Shown here in pieces: positions 18,001 to 27,246 of a stretch of DNA of 64,000 nucleotides. The position numbers were made by a program, and so were the translations under genes. The stretch's first letter is position 1, and every line of letters begins with the position of its first letter. Below the pieces are notes generated by a model. It was not told where the DNA came from, searched no databases, and saw nothing but the letters and a program-made list of their open reading frames with translations. The stretch is from Verrucomicrobiota bacterium (GTDB lineage: Bacteria; Verrucomicrobiota; Verrucomicrobiia; Opitutales; JAKPNF01), in contig JAKPNF010000079.1 of the NCBI GenBank assembly GCA_029548565.1, forward strand, positions 2,101 to 66,100, read 5' to 3'.

Positions 18001-19418
18001 AAAGTCCTTAAATACGAGTCGAGTTTGCCGGAAGCGATAACCCCGTAGTTGATCGTGCCGAGCCAGCCCGACATGATGATCCCCACGCTGCCTGCGTGAA
18101 ACAGACCGGGGACGCGCTCGGGCATTTCCATCGAGACTTTCAGCCCTTCGAACTTCGTGCCAAAGCTCGTGCCCTGTTCGTGCAGCACATAGCGGCGCAC
18201 AGTGCGCGGGGTAGCCGCCTCCGTCCAGTCGATCTTTTCGCGCACATCGGGAATGAGCGTTTCCAGCCCGCGAATCGATTCCTCGATGATGCGCTTTTTA
18301 TGAAAAGCGTAGTCCTCGTCCGATAGATTCGCCCAGTCGTCCCACTTGGCATTGATGGAGGCCACGACCGCGTAGCGGGGGTCGCGGCGCTGCGGGCGCG
18401 TGTCGGGATAATAAACGGAAAAGGTGCGGCTGGTGGTGTGAAAGTCGGTGATTTCTGCGCTGGAATATTCCGGCGCACCCGAGGTGAAAACTAAGTCCCC
18501 GATATTGGGAATCGTCTCGCCCTTGCGAATGCCCATATAAACCTGGCAGGAACTCGTGTTGTTGCGCACTGCGCGCGCCTCGGCGCAAAAATCCTCCGGC
18601 AAATTTTCCTCGCCGACCATGCCAAAGAGCATGTTTTTGATATTGGCGTTGGACAAAACCGCGCGGCAGGCGATTTTTTGGCCGTTGACGATCACCCCGG
18701 CGACTTTTTTATTTTCATCCAGGCATACGCGCTCGACCTTTGCTTTCATGGCGATATGCACGCCGTTCATCAGCAGCTCGGCGCGCATCAGGGCGATCAG
18801 GCGGTCGGTCCCACCTTGATAGATATACACGCCCTTGCTCATGAAGTTGGAAAACACGATCCCGTAGGTGATCGCGGGGTCTTCCAGCGTCGAGCCATTG
18901 GCGTAAGCGATCGGTTCCATCAGCAAACGGTGCACGTCGCTGCGGCCGGGAAAAAATTCCTCAAACAACTCGCGGGTCGTGCGCGGGTCGTTGTCGTAAT
19001 AATTCATCGCCTTGAGCGCCTCGTAAAAGCCCTCGACCCTCTCGGGCGCGACGCCGAAGTCGCTCGTCAAAATCCGCGTGAAATCCTCGCGCGTGAACGT
19101 CGTTTCTATGTTGAACTGCGGGTTGATAAACCGCACGCGGTGCAGTTGCACAATGCTGTCCGAAATTTCCTTCGTCCAGTAGCGGCGGCAGGATTTTTTC
19201 ATCCCCATCGGAAACCCGTGCAGCGAGACGTCGAAAATATGCCCGCCCGGGCGCTTGAAGGAGGTCGCCAACCCGCCGAGCTGGTAATGATGCTCGCACA
19301 ACAACACGCTGCGCCCGAGCTTGGCCAACGTGTTGGCGGCCGTAAGCCCCCCCAGCCCGCCGCCGACAACGACAACGTCATAGGAAGATTTTAAATGAGC
19401 AAGCGCCTTGAGTGCCAT
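17997..19418 (-). CDS. Phytoene-desaturase (CrtI) family FAD-dependent oxidoreductase
   Basis: N-terminal dinucleotide fold [37 protein letters not shown]. About 470 aa with a C-terminal GLFHAGS motif typical of COG1233-type amine-oxidase-fold enzymes. Confidence 0.7.
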   Translation of the reverse strand: MALKALAHLKSSYDVVVVGGGLGGLTAANTLAKLGRSVLLCEHHYQLGGLATSFKRPGGHIFDVSLHGFPMGMKKSCRRYWTKEISDSIVQLHRVRFINPQFNIETTFTREDFTRILTSDFGVAPERVEGFYEALKAMNYYDNDPRTTRELFEEFFPGRSDVHRLLMEPIAYANGSTLEDPAITYGIVFSNFMSKGVYIYQGGTDRLIALMRAELLMNGVHIAMKAKVERVCLDENKKVAGVIVNGQKIACRAVLSNANIKNMLFGMVGEENLPEDFCAEARAVRNNTSSCQVYMGIRKGETIPNIGDLVFTSGAPEYSSAEITDFHTTSRTFSVYYPDTRPQRRDPRYAVVASINAKWDDWANLSDEDYAFHKKRIIEESIRGLETLIPDVREKIDWTEAATPRTVRRYVLHEQGTSFGTKFEGLKVSMEMPERVPGLFHAGSVGIIMSGWLGTINYGVIASGKLDSYLRTL

Positions 19419-19513
19419 CTATCGGGAAAAGAAAAAGATTTGGAGAAAGAACAAGCCTAAAATACCCGCCCCGCAATGGCAAGCGCAAGCGCCGCTAGCC
19501 CTTGTGACGAAAA

Positions 19514-19546
19514 CAAAAAAACCTCCTGAAAACAGGAGGTTTTTTT
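19514..19546. terminator. Bidirectional intrinsic terminator downstream of ilvC
   Basis: A-run, stem ACCTCCTG (19521-19528) / CAGGAGGT (19533-19540) with loop AAAA, then T-run 19541-19546. Confidence 0.8.
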
Positions 19547-19565
19547 GGTAAAAATAATCGCCGGA

Positions 19566-20597
19566 TTATTTCGTGTAGGAAGCCTGGGCGCCCTTGATGT
19601 TGCGCTTGGGCATCCAGGGCATCAGCGCGCGCAGGCGCTGGCCTGTCTTTTCGATCTGGTGCTTTTCACCGGCCTTGAGGAGCTTATTGTAATTCTTCAA
19701 GCCGCTTTTGTACTCGTTGACCCACTGGCGAGTGAACTTGCCGCTCTGGATTTCCTTGAGGATCTCGCCCATCGCCTTTTTGCTGGAGGCGTTGATCACG
19801 CGCGGGCCGCGGGTGACGTCGCCGTATTTGGCGGTTTCGGAAATCGAAAAACGCATGCCGGAGATGCCGGACTCGATCATGAGATCGACGATCAATTTGA
19901 GCTCGTGCAGGCATTCAAAGTAAGCCATCTCGGGCTGGTACCCAGCCTTGACGAGCGTCTCGAAGCCCGCGGTCACAAGCGCGGAAGCGCCGCCGCACAA
20001 CACGGCCTGCTCGCCGAACAGGTCGGTCTCGGTCTCTTCCTTGAAAGTCGTCTGAATGACGCCCGCGCGGGTGCCGCCGATGCCCTTGGCCCACGCCAGC
20101 GCGATCTGCTTGGCCTTTTTGTCGGCGTCCTGATAAATGGCGATGAGAGCGGGGACGCCCTTGCCTTCCAGGTACTGCTGGCGCACGATGTGGCCGGGGC
20201 CCTTGGGCGCGACCATGATCACGTTGATGCCCTTCAAGGGCTTGATCAGCTTATAATGGACGGCCAAGCCGTGGATGAAAACGAGGGTCTTGCCCTTTTT
20301 GAGATTCGGCTCAATGTCCTTTTTGTAGACGTCGGCCTGCTTCATGTCGGGGATGGCGACCAGCATCACGTCGGCCTTTTTGACGGCCTCGGCGGTTGTC
20401 ATCACCTCAAAGCCTTTGGCCTTGGCGACCTTCCAGGACTTGCTCTTGGGATACAGGCCGACGATGACCTTGCAGCCGCTGTCCTTGAGGTTCATCGCGT
20501 GGGCGTGACCCTGCGAGCCGAATCCAAGGACGGCCAACGTTTTGTTTTTGAAGACGCTCAGATTGGCATCCTTTTCTGTGTAGACTTTAGCGGGCAT
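19566..20597 (-). CDS. ilvC: Ketol-acid reductoisomerase (class I)
   Basis: [23 protein letters not shown]-binding motif. About 340 aa. Overall reads like IlvC (e.g. [15 protein letters not shown]). Confidence 0.93.
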   Translation of the reverse strand: MPAKVYTEKDANLSVFKNKTLAVLGFGSQGHAHAMNLKDSGCKVIVGLYPKSKSWKVAKAKGFEVMTTAEAVKKADVMLVAIPDMKQADVYKKDIEPNLKKGKTLVFIHGLAVHYKLIKPLKGINVIMVAPKGPGHIVRQQYLEGKGVPALIAIYQDADKKAKQIALAWAKGIGGTRAGVIQTTFKEETETDLFGEQAVLCGGASALVTAGFETLVKAGYQPEMAYFECLHELKLIVDLMIESGISGMRFSISETAKYGDVTRGPRVINASSKKAMGEILKEIQSGKFTRQWVNEYKSGLKNYNKLLKAGEKHQIEKTGQRLRALMPWMPKRNIKGAQASYTK

Positions 20598-20653
20598 ATT
20601 TTTGATGTGGATAAACGGTTATTTAATTGGAAAGGGAAAAAAAGCGCAAGGGA

Positions 20654-21142
20654 TTATTCCTGCTCCTCGCCGCGCGTCAGGGCGACGTTGCCGGTGCGCG
20701 CCATCTCCTGCACGCCAAAGGGTGTGACAAGGTTTAAAAAGGCGCGGATCTTGTTCTCGTTGCCGGTGCACTCCAAAATCATGGTGGTGGCTGACACGTC
20801 GATCACCTTCGCGCGGAAAATCTGCGCGATCTCGATGAGCTGCGAGCGCTTTTTCTCGTTGCAGTCGACTTTCAGCATCACCAATTCGCGCGCGACAAAG
20901 GGCGTGCCGTGGGAAAAATCCTTCACGTCGATGACGTTGACCAGGCGCTCGAGCTGCTTGATGCACTGCTCCAGCGCGCCTTCGTCGGCGATGATGGTGG
21001 CGGTGATGCGCGAGAGTTTCGGGTCGTGCGTGGGGCCGACGTTGAGCGTCTCGATGTTGAAGCCGCGGCCGCTGAACATGCCGGCCACGCGCGCCAGGAC
21101 GCCGAATCGGTTTTGAACGAGAGCGGAGATGGTGTGTCGCAT
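20654..21142 (-). CDS. ilvN: Acetolactate synthase small (regulatory) subunit
   Basis: MRHTISALVQNRFGVLARVAGMFSGRGFNIETL is the ACT-domain N-terminus of IlvH/IlvN. 162 aa. Confidence 0.9.
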   Translation of the reverse strand: MRHTISALVQNRFGVLARVAGMFSGRGFNIETLNVGPTHDPKLSRITATIIADEGALEQCIKQLERLVNVIDVKDFSHGTPFVARELVMLKVDCNEKKRSQLIEIAQIFRAKVIDVSATTMILECTGNENKIRAFLNLVTPFGVQEMARTGNVALTRGEEQE

Positions 21143-21165
21143 AGTGAAAAATTTTTGAAAAAAAC

Positions 21166-21242
21166 TGGTGGACGGCGACGGATTCGAACCGCCGACATCC
21201 TGCGTGTAAAGCAGGCGCTCTAACCGACTGAGCTAGCCGTCC
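21166..21242 (-). tRNA. tRNA-Val (anticodon UAC), CCA encoded
   Basis: Reverse complement is GGACGGCTAGCTCAGTCGGTTAGAGCGCCTGCTTTACACGCAGGATGTCGGCGGTTCGAATCCGTCGCCGTCCACCA. It has a 7-bp acceptor stem, a CCTGC/GCAGG anticodon stem with loop TTTACAC, and a TTCGAAT T-loop. Confidence 0.9.
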
Positions 21243-21294
21243 GTAAAGGGCAATTATGCAGCGCCGCCTCGTGCGAGGCAAGCACTTAGGCAGC

Positions 21295-21672
21295 TCACCC
21301 GCCCGCCCGCACCACGCGGAAACCTTCTTTGAGCAGAAACGCTTCCACCGCGTCGCGGCAATCGCCCTGTAGCTCGATTTGTTTATTATTGCGCGCTCCG
21401 CCGACGCCGAGAGTGGTTTTCAGACGTTTTAAATAGTCGTCGAGCTGCTGCGGATTGATGTGCAAAAACCCTTCGCCGCGCACGGTCGTCACCGTCTTGC
21501 CGCCACGTCCGGCCTTTTCGCGCCGCAACTCAAGGCGACCGCGCTTTTTGACAACGAGAGGAGCGGGTTGCGAAGGCGCGGTTTTAAAACCGGAACTGTT
21601 CAACGCGGCAAAGGGATTGTCCGTTTTCAAATCGTCGCCGCCCGCGGTGCTGATGCGCTGCTTGTCTTTCAC
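21295..21672 (-). CDS. SUI1/YciH-family translation initiation factor
   Basis: RREKAGRGGKTVTTVRG...IELQGDCRDAVEAFLLKEGF is the typical SUI1 domain. Confidence 0.85.
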   Translation of the reverse strand: MKDKQRISTAGGDDLKTDNPFAALNSSGFKTAPSQPAPLVVKKRGRLELRREKAGRGGKTVTTVRGEGFLHINPQQLDDYLKRLKTTLGVGGARNNKQIELQGDCRDAVEAFLLKEGFRVVRAGG

Positions 21673-21710
21673 GCATTGATTTTGAAGGCAAAGAACGATA
21701 ATTTCAATTC

Positions 21711-23111
21711 ATGCCTGAAAATTCTTTCGACGTGATTGTGGTGGGCGGCGGCCCCGGCGGTTATGTGGCGGCGCTGCGCTGCGCCCAATGGGGAATGAAA
21801 ACCGCGCTCATCGAGCGCGCTCAAGTCGGCGGCACCTGCCTGAACCGTGGCTGCATCCCGGCAAAGGCACTGCTGCATAGTACGGGGCTTTTGCGCGAGC
21901 TGCGCCTGCACGGCAAAGCAAACGGCCTTGCGATGGATTTACCAACGCCCGATCTTGCGGCCATCCACGCCAACAAGGACACCACCGTCCAAAAACTGCG
22001 CGGCGGCGTGGAACTGCTCTTGCAAAAGCGCGGCGTGACAATTTTAAAAGGCGAGGCCACCCCACTGGAATCAAAAGATTCTCCCGCTGTTGAATTAAAA
22101 GGCGGCGAAGAATCCCAGCCGCAAATTTTAAAGACAACGCATCTCATCTGGGCAACAGGCGCGCGCCCCGCCGAACTGCCCGCCCTGCCCTTCGACGGCA
22201 CGCGCGTCATCTCCAGCGACGAGGCGCTGCGCCTCGAAAAAACTCCCACCTCGCTCGCGATTGTGGGCGCGGGTGCGATCGGATTGGAAATGGGTTCCAT
22301 CTGGGCGCGCCTCGGCACGAAGGTGACAATTGTCGAAGCACTGCCGCAAATCGGCGCAGGCTTCGACCCCGACATCGCCTCCATGGCCGAGCGCTTTTTA
22401 AAACGCCAGGAAGGCATCACGTTTTACACAGACGCGCGCGTGAAAGCGATGGACGAGACCGCGCTCATCGCCGAGCAAAAAGGAAAAGATTTACGCATCG
22501 ACGCGGAAAAAATTCTCATCAGCGTCGGCCGCGTCCCCAACAACGAGCCGCTCATAAAAATCGGCGCGAAGGCCGACGAAAAAGGCCGTCTCGAAGTGGA
22601 CGAAGCCTACCGCACGAACTTGCCCGGCGTCTACGCGATCGGCGACGCCATCCCCGGCCCCGCGCTGGCGCACCGCGCCGAGCACGACGCCGAACGCCTG
22701 GCCGCCATGCTCGCGAAAAAACCCGTCCCGCCCGCAAACGCACCCATGCCAGGCGTTGTCTACACAACCCCCGAACTGGCGATGGTCGGCCTGTCCGAAG
22801 CACAGGCACAAGCACAAGGCGTCGATTTTTCCGCCGCCAAATTCCCCTTCGCAGCCAACGGCCGCGCCCTGACCAACGGCACCCCCGAAGGTTTTGTGAA
22901 GCTGATCGGCGACAAGACAAGCGGTAAACTGCTGGGCGCCCAAATTCTCGGCGCAAACGCAGGCGAACTCATTTCAACGATCGGCGCCCACCTGAAGCAC
23001 AACGCGAAAATTTCCGACCTCGCCCACACCCTCACCGCCCACCCGACGCTTTCGGAGGCAATCAAAGAGGCTGCGCTCGTGTGGGAAGGCAACCCGCTGC
23101 ACACAGTGTGA
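21711..23111 (+). CDS. lpdA: Dihydrolipoyl dehydrogenase (E3)
   Basis: FDVIVVGGGPGGYVAA, the redox disulfide GGTCLNRGCIPAKALL, and C-terminal AHPTLSEAIKEA. Confidence 0.92.
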   Translation: MPENSFDVIVVGGGPGGYVAALRCAQWGMKTALIERAQVGGTCLNRGCIPAKALLHSTGLLRELRLHGKANGLAMDLPTPDLAAIHANKDTTVQKLRGGVELLLQKRGVTILKGEATPLESKDSPAVELKGGEESQPQILKTTHLIWATGARPAELPALPFDGTRVISSDEALRLEKTPTSLAIVGAGAIGLEMGSIWARLGTKVTIVEALPQIGAGFDPDIASMAERFLKRQEGITFYTDARVKAMDETALIAEQKGKDLRIDAEKILISVGRVPNNEPLIKIGAKADEKGRLEVDEAYRTNLPGVYAIGDAIPGPALAHRAEHDAERLAAMLAKKPVPPANAPMPGVVYTTPELAMVGLSEAQAQAQGVDFSAAKFPFAANGRALTNGTPEGFVKLIGDKTSGKLLGAQILGANAGELISTIGAHLKHNAKISDLAHTLTAHPTLSEAIKEAALVWEGNPLHTV

Positions 23112-23112
23112 T

Positions 23113-23565
23113 TTACCGCCCGCGCTTAAGACTTTTTTGATAGCTTTCCGCAAAAGGACGAAACAATTCCCTTTGGCGTGAAAAATTTCTCTCCGACTTA
23201 ATTTCTTGCGCAACCTCATCCGGAATTCCGAGCTGCTTCAATCTTTCTGGCTTATTGAAAAAAAAGCGCCGCAATAGGGTCCCTGAAACCGCGTAAAGAG
23301 TCAGAAGTGTAAAAAATACTGTAATGGCACTTGTTGCCGCCTTCATCCAGCTTCCTTCCCCAGAGAGCTGAAGCGCCGCCACCCACGCGCCGATAAAGCC
23401 TGCCAATGAACCGATCAGACAATACGCAAGCAGTCTTAGAAAAGCGTGAGGCTTCGAACGCCATTGCGAAAAATTAAAGAAAGGGAGCGCCTCCGCCCAC
23501 AATTTCTTTTTCTTTTTGTACTCAGCTTTTATTTTTTTGGGGGAAAATTTTTCAGTCTGAGGCAT
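23113..23565 (-). CDS. Hypothetical small membrane protein in a locally AT-richer patch
   Basis: Two hydrophobic segments (LLAYCLIGSLAGFIGAWVAALQL, AITVFFTLLTLYAVSGTLL) with Lys-rich ends. No family motif recognised. Confidence 0.5.
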   Translation of the reverse strand: MPQTEKFSPKKIKAEYKKKKKLWAEALPFFNFSQWRSKPHAFLRLLAYCLIGSLAGFIGAWVAALQLSGEGSWMKAATSAITVFFTLLTLYAVSGTLLRRFFFNKPERLKQLGIPDEVAQEIKSERNFSRQRELFRPFAESYQKSLKRGR

Positions 23566-23620
23566 GAGTTCATGATAAAAAAATCCCCACCATCATCAAG
23601 ACCATTTATGTCTGCCCAAC

Positions 23621-23650
23621 AAAAAAGCCGCTTCAACAGCGGCTTTTTTG
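23621..23650. terminator. Bidirectional intrinsic terminator (downstream of fabF)
   Basis: AAAAA-AGCCGCT (23626-23632), loop, AGCGGCT (23638-23644), then TTTTTT. Confidence 0.8.
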
Positions 23651-23677
23651 TTGGGCGCAGGAAACTGTTTCCGGCGC

Positions 23678-24937
23678 TTATTCTTCCCACTTCTTAAACA
23701 CCACCACGCCATTGTGGCCGCCGAAGCCGAGGTTGTTGGACATCGTGACCTTCGGATTGACTGTGCGTTTGACGGCGGGAACGTAGTCCAGGTCGCATTC
23801 GGGGTCGGGTTCCTCGATGTTGATCGTGGGGGGGACTTCGCCGGTTTGGATGGCTTTGCAGCACACGGCCGCTTCCACGCCGCCGGCGGCGCCGAGCATG
23901 TGGCCGACCATGCTCTTGGTGGAGCTGACTGGAATGCTTTTGGCGCGCTCGCCAAAGACGGTTTTTATCGCCATCGTCTCAAACTTGTCGTTGTAGGGCG
24001 TGGAGGTGCCATGGGCGTTGATGTAGTCCACGTCGTCGGGGGAGAGCCCCGCGTCGTCCAGCGCCGCGCGCATGCAGTCGGCCAAGCCTTCGCCGTTGGG
24101 GGCGGGGCTGGTGATGTGGTAGGCGTCACAGTTGGCGCCGTAGCCGACCAGTTCGCAATAAATTTTCGCGCCGCGGGCCTGGGCGTGTTCCAAAGTTTCC
24201 AATAATAGGACACCCGCGCCCTCGCCCATCACAAAACCGTCGCGGTTTTTGTCGAAGGGACGCGAGGCTTTTTCGGGGGTGTCGTTGTATTTTGTGCTCA
24301 TCGCGCGCATCGAGCAAAAGCCCGCGCACGACAGCATGCTGACGGCCGCCTCGCTGCCGCCGGCGAGCATCACGTCGGCCTTGCCCAGGCGCATGAGGTT
24401 GAGCGCTTCGCCGAGGGCGTGGGTGCCGCTGGCACAGGCGCTCACCACGGCGAAGTTGGGTCCCTTGGCTCCGAACTCGATGGCGACAATGCCGCTGGCG
24501 ATGTTGGAGATCAAAGACGGGATCATGAAGGGGGAAATTTTGCGCGGGCCGCTTTCGTGCAGCACACGGGACTGCTTTTCGATCGTCTCCATCCCGCCGA
24601 TGCCGGAGGCCAGCAAGATGCCGAAGCGTTTCGGGTCAAAGGCGCCCGGCTCCACGCCCGCGTCCTTGAGCGCGAGCTTGGAGGCGGCCACGCCCAACTG
24701 CGTGTAGCGGTCGGAGCGCTTGGCCTCCTTGGGGTCCATGTACTGGGAAGGGTCAAAGTCCTTCACCTCGGCGGCCACACGGGTGGGCAGCGCCGACGCG
24801 TCAAAGCGCGTGATGCAGCCCAAGCCGCTTTTGCCCTGGAGCATGTTGTCCCAGGTTTCTTCGATGGAATACCCCAGCGGCGTCACAGCGCCGATGCCGG
24901 TGACAACCACCCGTTTAAGCGTCAAAGTCTTAGCCAT
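23678..24937 (-). CDS. fabF: Beta-ketoacyl-ACP synthase II
   Basis: Active-site Cys in VVSACASGTHALG, His motifs INAHGTSTP and SMVGHMLGAAG. Located downstream of acpP. Confidence 0.93.
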   Translation of the reverse strand: MAKTLTLKRVVVTGIGAVTPLGYSIEETWDNMLQGKSGLGCITRFDASALPTRVAAEVKDFDPSQYMDPKEAKRSDRYTQLGVAASKLALKDAGVEPGAFDPKRFGILLASGIGGMETIEKQSRVLHESGPRKISPFMIPSLISNIASGIVAIEFGAKGPNFAVVSACASGTHALGEALNLMRLGKADVMLAGGSEAAVSMLSCAGFCSMRAMSTKYNDTPEKASRPFDKNRDGFVMGEGAGVLLLETLEHAQARGAKIYCELVGYGANCDAYHITSPAPNGEGLADCMRAALDDAGLSPDDVDYINAHGTSTPYNDKFETMAIKTVFGERAKSIPVSSTKSMVGHMLGAAGGVEAAVCCKAIQTGEVPPTINIEEPDPECDLDYVPAVKRTVNPKVTMSNNLGFGGHNGVVVFKKWEE

Positions 24938-25096
24938 CCTTTAAGGTCGGTAAGGGATAAATGAAAAGATAAGCAACCCGCGCACAGACTCCAAGGGACG
25001 ACCCTGGCGTCAATACCGGCACGCGGCCAAAAGGAAAATGAGCGAGTATCCTCCCACGCGGATTTTTAGGCCCGCACGGGAAGACACAACAGGGAA

Positions 25097-25357
25097 TTAG
25101 GCCGAGGCCTTGCCCTTGATGTACTCGATGACGGCGGAGACCGTCTGGAGCTTCTCGGCGTCGGATTCGGGAATCTCGCCGCCCTTGATTTCGTCCTTGA
25201 ATTCTTCTTCGAAGGCCATGATAAGCTCGACGATGTCGAGGGAGTCGGCCCCCAGGTCGTCCAAAAAGGACGCCTCGGCGGTCACCTGCTCCTCGTTCAC
25301 ATTGAGCTGGTCAACGATGATTTTCTTGACGCGTTGTTCGATGGTTTGATCGGACAT
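25097..25357 (-). CDS. acpP: Acyl carrier protein
   Basis: [19 protein letters not shown] contains the phosphopantetheine-Ser motif. 86 aa. Confidence 0.95.
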   Translation of the reverse strand: MSDQTIEQRVKKIIVDQLNVNEEQVTAEASFLDDLGADSLDIVELIMAFEEEFKDEIKGGEIPESDAEKLQTVSAVIEYIKGKASA

Positions 25358-25406
25358 AAGGATTTGTTATTGAGTTGGTTTAGTAACTTAAGGGGTTGTC
25401 TTGGTT

Positions 25407-26150
25407 TCACATCGTCATTCCACCGTCAACGGCAATGACTTGTCCCGTGATGTAACCGGCTTGTTCCGATGCGAGATAGGCAACGAGCGTAGCCACGTCC
25501 GCCGCCTGACCAAATTTTTTGAGGGGAATGGTCTTTGAGGCCATCTCCTTGATCGAGGGATCCAAAACGCCCGTCATGTCGGTCTCGATGAAACCGGGGG
25601 CCACGGCGTTGACCGTGACAGTGCGCGAGGCGATTTCACGCGCCAGCGACTTTGTCAGCCCCATCATGCCCGCCTTGGCGGCGGCGTAGTTGACCTGCCC
25701 CGCGTTGCCGACTAAGCCGACGACGCTCGTGATATTGATGATGCGCCCCCAGCGGGCGGAGGTCATCGGGCGGACAAGCCCCTTGATCCAGTAAAAACAG
25801 CTGTTGAGGTTCGTTTTGACGACGTCCTCAAAATCCTCGTTGCTCATGCGCAGCAGCAGCGTGTCGCGGGTGATCCCGGCGTTGTTGACGAGGATGTCAA
25901 CCTTTTCAAATTCCTTGAGGATGGCCGCGCAAGCCTCGGCGACGGCGGCCGAATCGGCCACGTCCACGCAGTAAGCCTTGGCCTTGCCGCCCTTTCCCAC
26001 GATTTCCTTGGCCACCGCCTCGCAAGTGGCCGATTTGCTCACGCAAATAACGGTGGCGCCGCCTTCGGCCAGCGTCAGGGCGATCTGTCTGCCGATACCC
26101 CTGCCGGCTCCCGTTACCAGTGCGACTTTGTTCTCAAAGGAAATTTGCAT
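25407..26150 (-). CDS. fabG: 3-oxoacyl-ACP reductase
   Basis: VTGAGRGIGR, NNAGI, and Y-x3-K in NYAAAKAGMMG. Located upstream of acpP. Confidence 0.9.
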   Translation of the reverse strand: MQISFENKVALVTGAGRGIGRQIALTLAEGGATVICVSKSATCEAVAKEIVGKGGKAKAYCVDVADSAAVAEACAAILKEFEKVDILVNNAGITRDTLLLRMSNEDFEDVVKTNLNSCFYWIKGLVRPMTSARWGRIINITSVVGLVGNAGQVNYAAAKAGMMGLTKSLAREIASRTVTVNAVAPGFIETDMTGVLDPSIKEMASKTIPLKKFGQAADVATLVAYLASEQAGYITGQVIAVDGGMTM

Positions 26151-26313
26151 GCGTTGCTAGTAATAGTAAAAACGGCTCAGGTGCCCTCACGCAAGGTGAA
26201 AAGATTGCCCGAAAGCGCCGTGTTTTTCACATAAAGGATTATTAACTCACGTTTGAGCGCCGATTTCAAGGAGTTTTTAACGAGCCCGCCGCGCCTTCGG
26301 GCGGAACAAGTGT

Positions 26314-27243
26314 TCACTTCTTCAAAAAGAACCCACGTTGTTTTTCACTGACGGGCAGACCCACGCGTTCCATCGCGGCGAGCAAGTCTTCCCAGACTTT
26401 GCGGCGTTCGGACATCAGTTGATTGCGCAGCAGGTAGGACGGGTGATAGGTGGGGATGAGGTCTATGCCCTCGAACTGAAACCATTTTCCGCGAATGGCG
26501 CCCATTCGGTACGGCTCAGCGGGAGCCAGCAGTCCGTTGGCCGCCGTACCGCCAAGCGCGACGATGACCTTTGGTTTCACGATAGCGAGCTGCGCCTTGA
26601 TATACGGCAGGCAAAAATCCATCTCCTGCTGTTTGGGCGGGCGGTTGCCGACTTCAGTGGCCTGCTTTGGCCGCCAGTTCATGATGTTGCCGATGTAGAC
26701 ACTTTCGCGCGAAAGCCCCATGGCGACAATCATTTTGGTGAGCAACTGCCCTGCCGGACCCACGAAGGGTTCGCCCTGCACGCTTTCGTCCATGCCGGGG
26801 GCCTCGCCGCAAAAAAAGATGTCGGCATCCAGCGAGCCCACGCCGAAGACAACCTTTCTGTTGGGGTGCAGGTGGCCGTTGCACACGGGGCAACCGAGCA
26901 CTTTTTCGCGCAGCCAATTCCATTGCGCCTGCTTGTCGCCTGCAGGCAATTCAAAAACCGGCGGCTCGGGAATCGTGTCGTCGTGCGCGACACTGGCCGC
27001 GCGCACGGAAGGTTTGGCGGGGATACCCCTTGATGCCGGGGCACTAGCGGCATGTGCAAAATCTCCCAATGAAACCGCGCCCGTCGTGTGCGACGGCGCC
27101 GGTGCAATGGGCTTCGCGTTTTTCGGCGCGAGCTTGCGCAGCTCCGCCAGTGTCGCGTCCTCCAGATAAAGATGCGTCTCGCCCTGCTCGCGCAGGGTTT
27201 TCACCTGGGCGATGACCCCTTCTATCTGTTCGCGCAACGCCAT
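26314..27243 (-). CDS. Family-4 uracil-DNA glycosylase with an N-terminal extension of about 110 aa
   Basis: CPVC...FFCGEAPGMDE, PFVGPAGQLL and PTYHPSYLLRN motifs in the C-terminal ~200 aa. The N-terminal third is an unrelated Ala/Pro-rich region. Confidence 0.8.
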   Translation of the reverse strand: MALREQIEGVIAQVKTLREQGETHLYLEDATLAELRKLAPKNAKPIAPAPSHTTGAVSLGDFAHAASAPASRGIPAKPSVRAASVAHDDTIPEPPVFELPAGDKQAQWNWLREKVLGCPVCNGHLHPNRKVVFGVGSLDADIFFCGEAPGMDESVQGEPFVGPAGQLLTKMIVAMGLSRESVYIGNIMNWRPKQATEVGNRPPKQQEMDFCLPYIKAQLAIVKPKVIVALGGTAANGLLAPAEPYRMGAIRGKWFQFEGIDLIPTYHPSYLLRNQLMSERRKVWEDLLAAMERVGLPVSEKQRGFFLKK

Positions 27244-27246
27244 CGC

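Noticed and set aside
19545-21116. 523-aa plus-strand ORF spanning ilvC and ilvN
   Set aside because: It is antisense to two genes with unmistakable IlvC/IlvN motifs. Its translation is low-complexity and Ala/Gly/Leu/Asp-rich, typical of a shadow ORF in GC-rich DNA.
21143-21165. Possible ilvB remnant or pseudogene upstream of ilvN
   Set aside because: Only 23 nt separate ilvN from the tRNA gene, which leaves no room for a degraded ilvB.
20619-21281. 220-aa minus-strand ORF overlapping ilvN and the tRNA-Val
   Set aside because: It is out of frame with the well-supported ilvN, runs through a tRNA gene, and is Arg/His-rich with no motifs.
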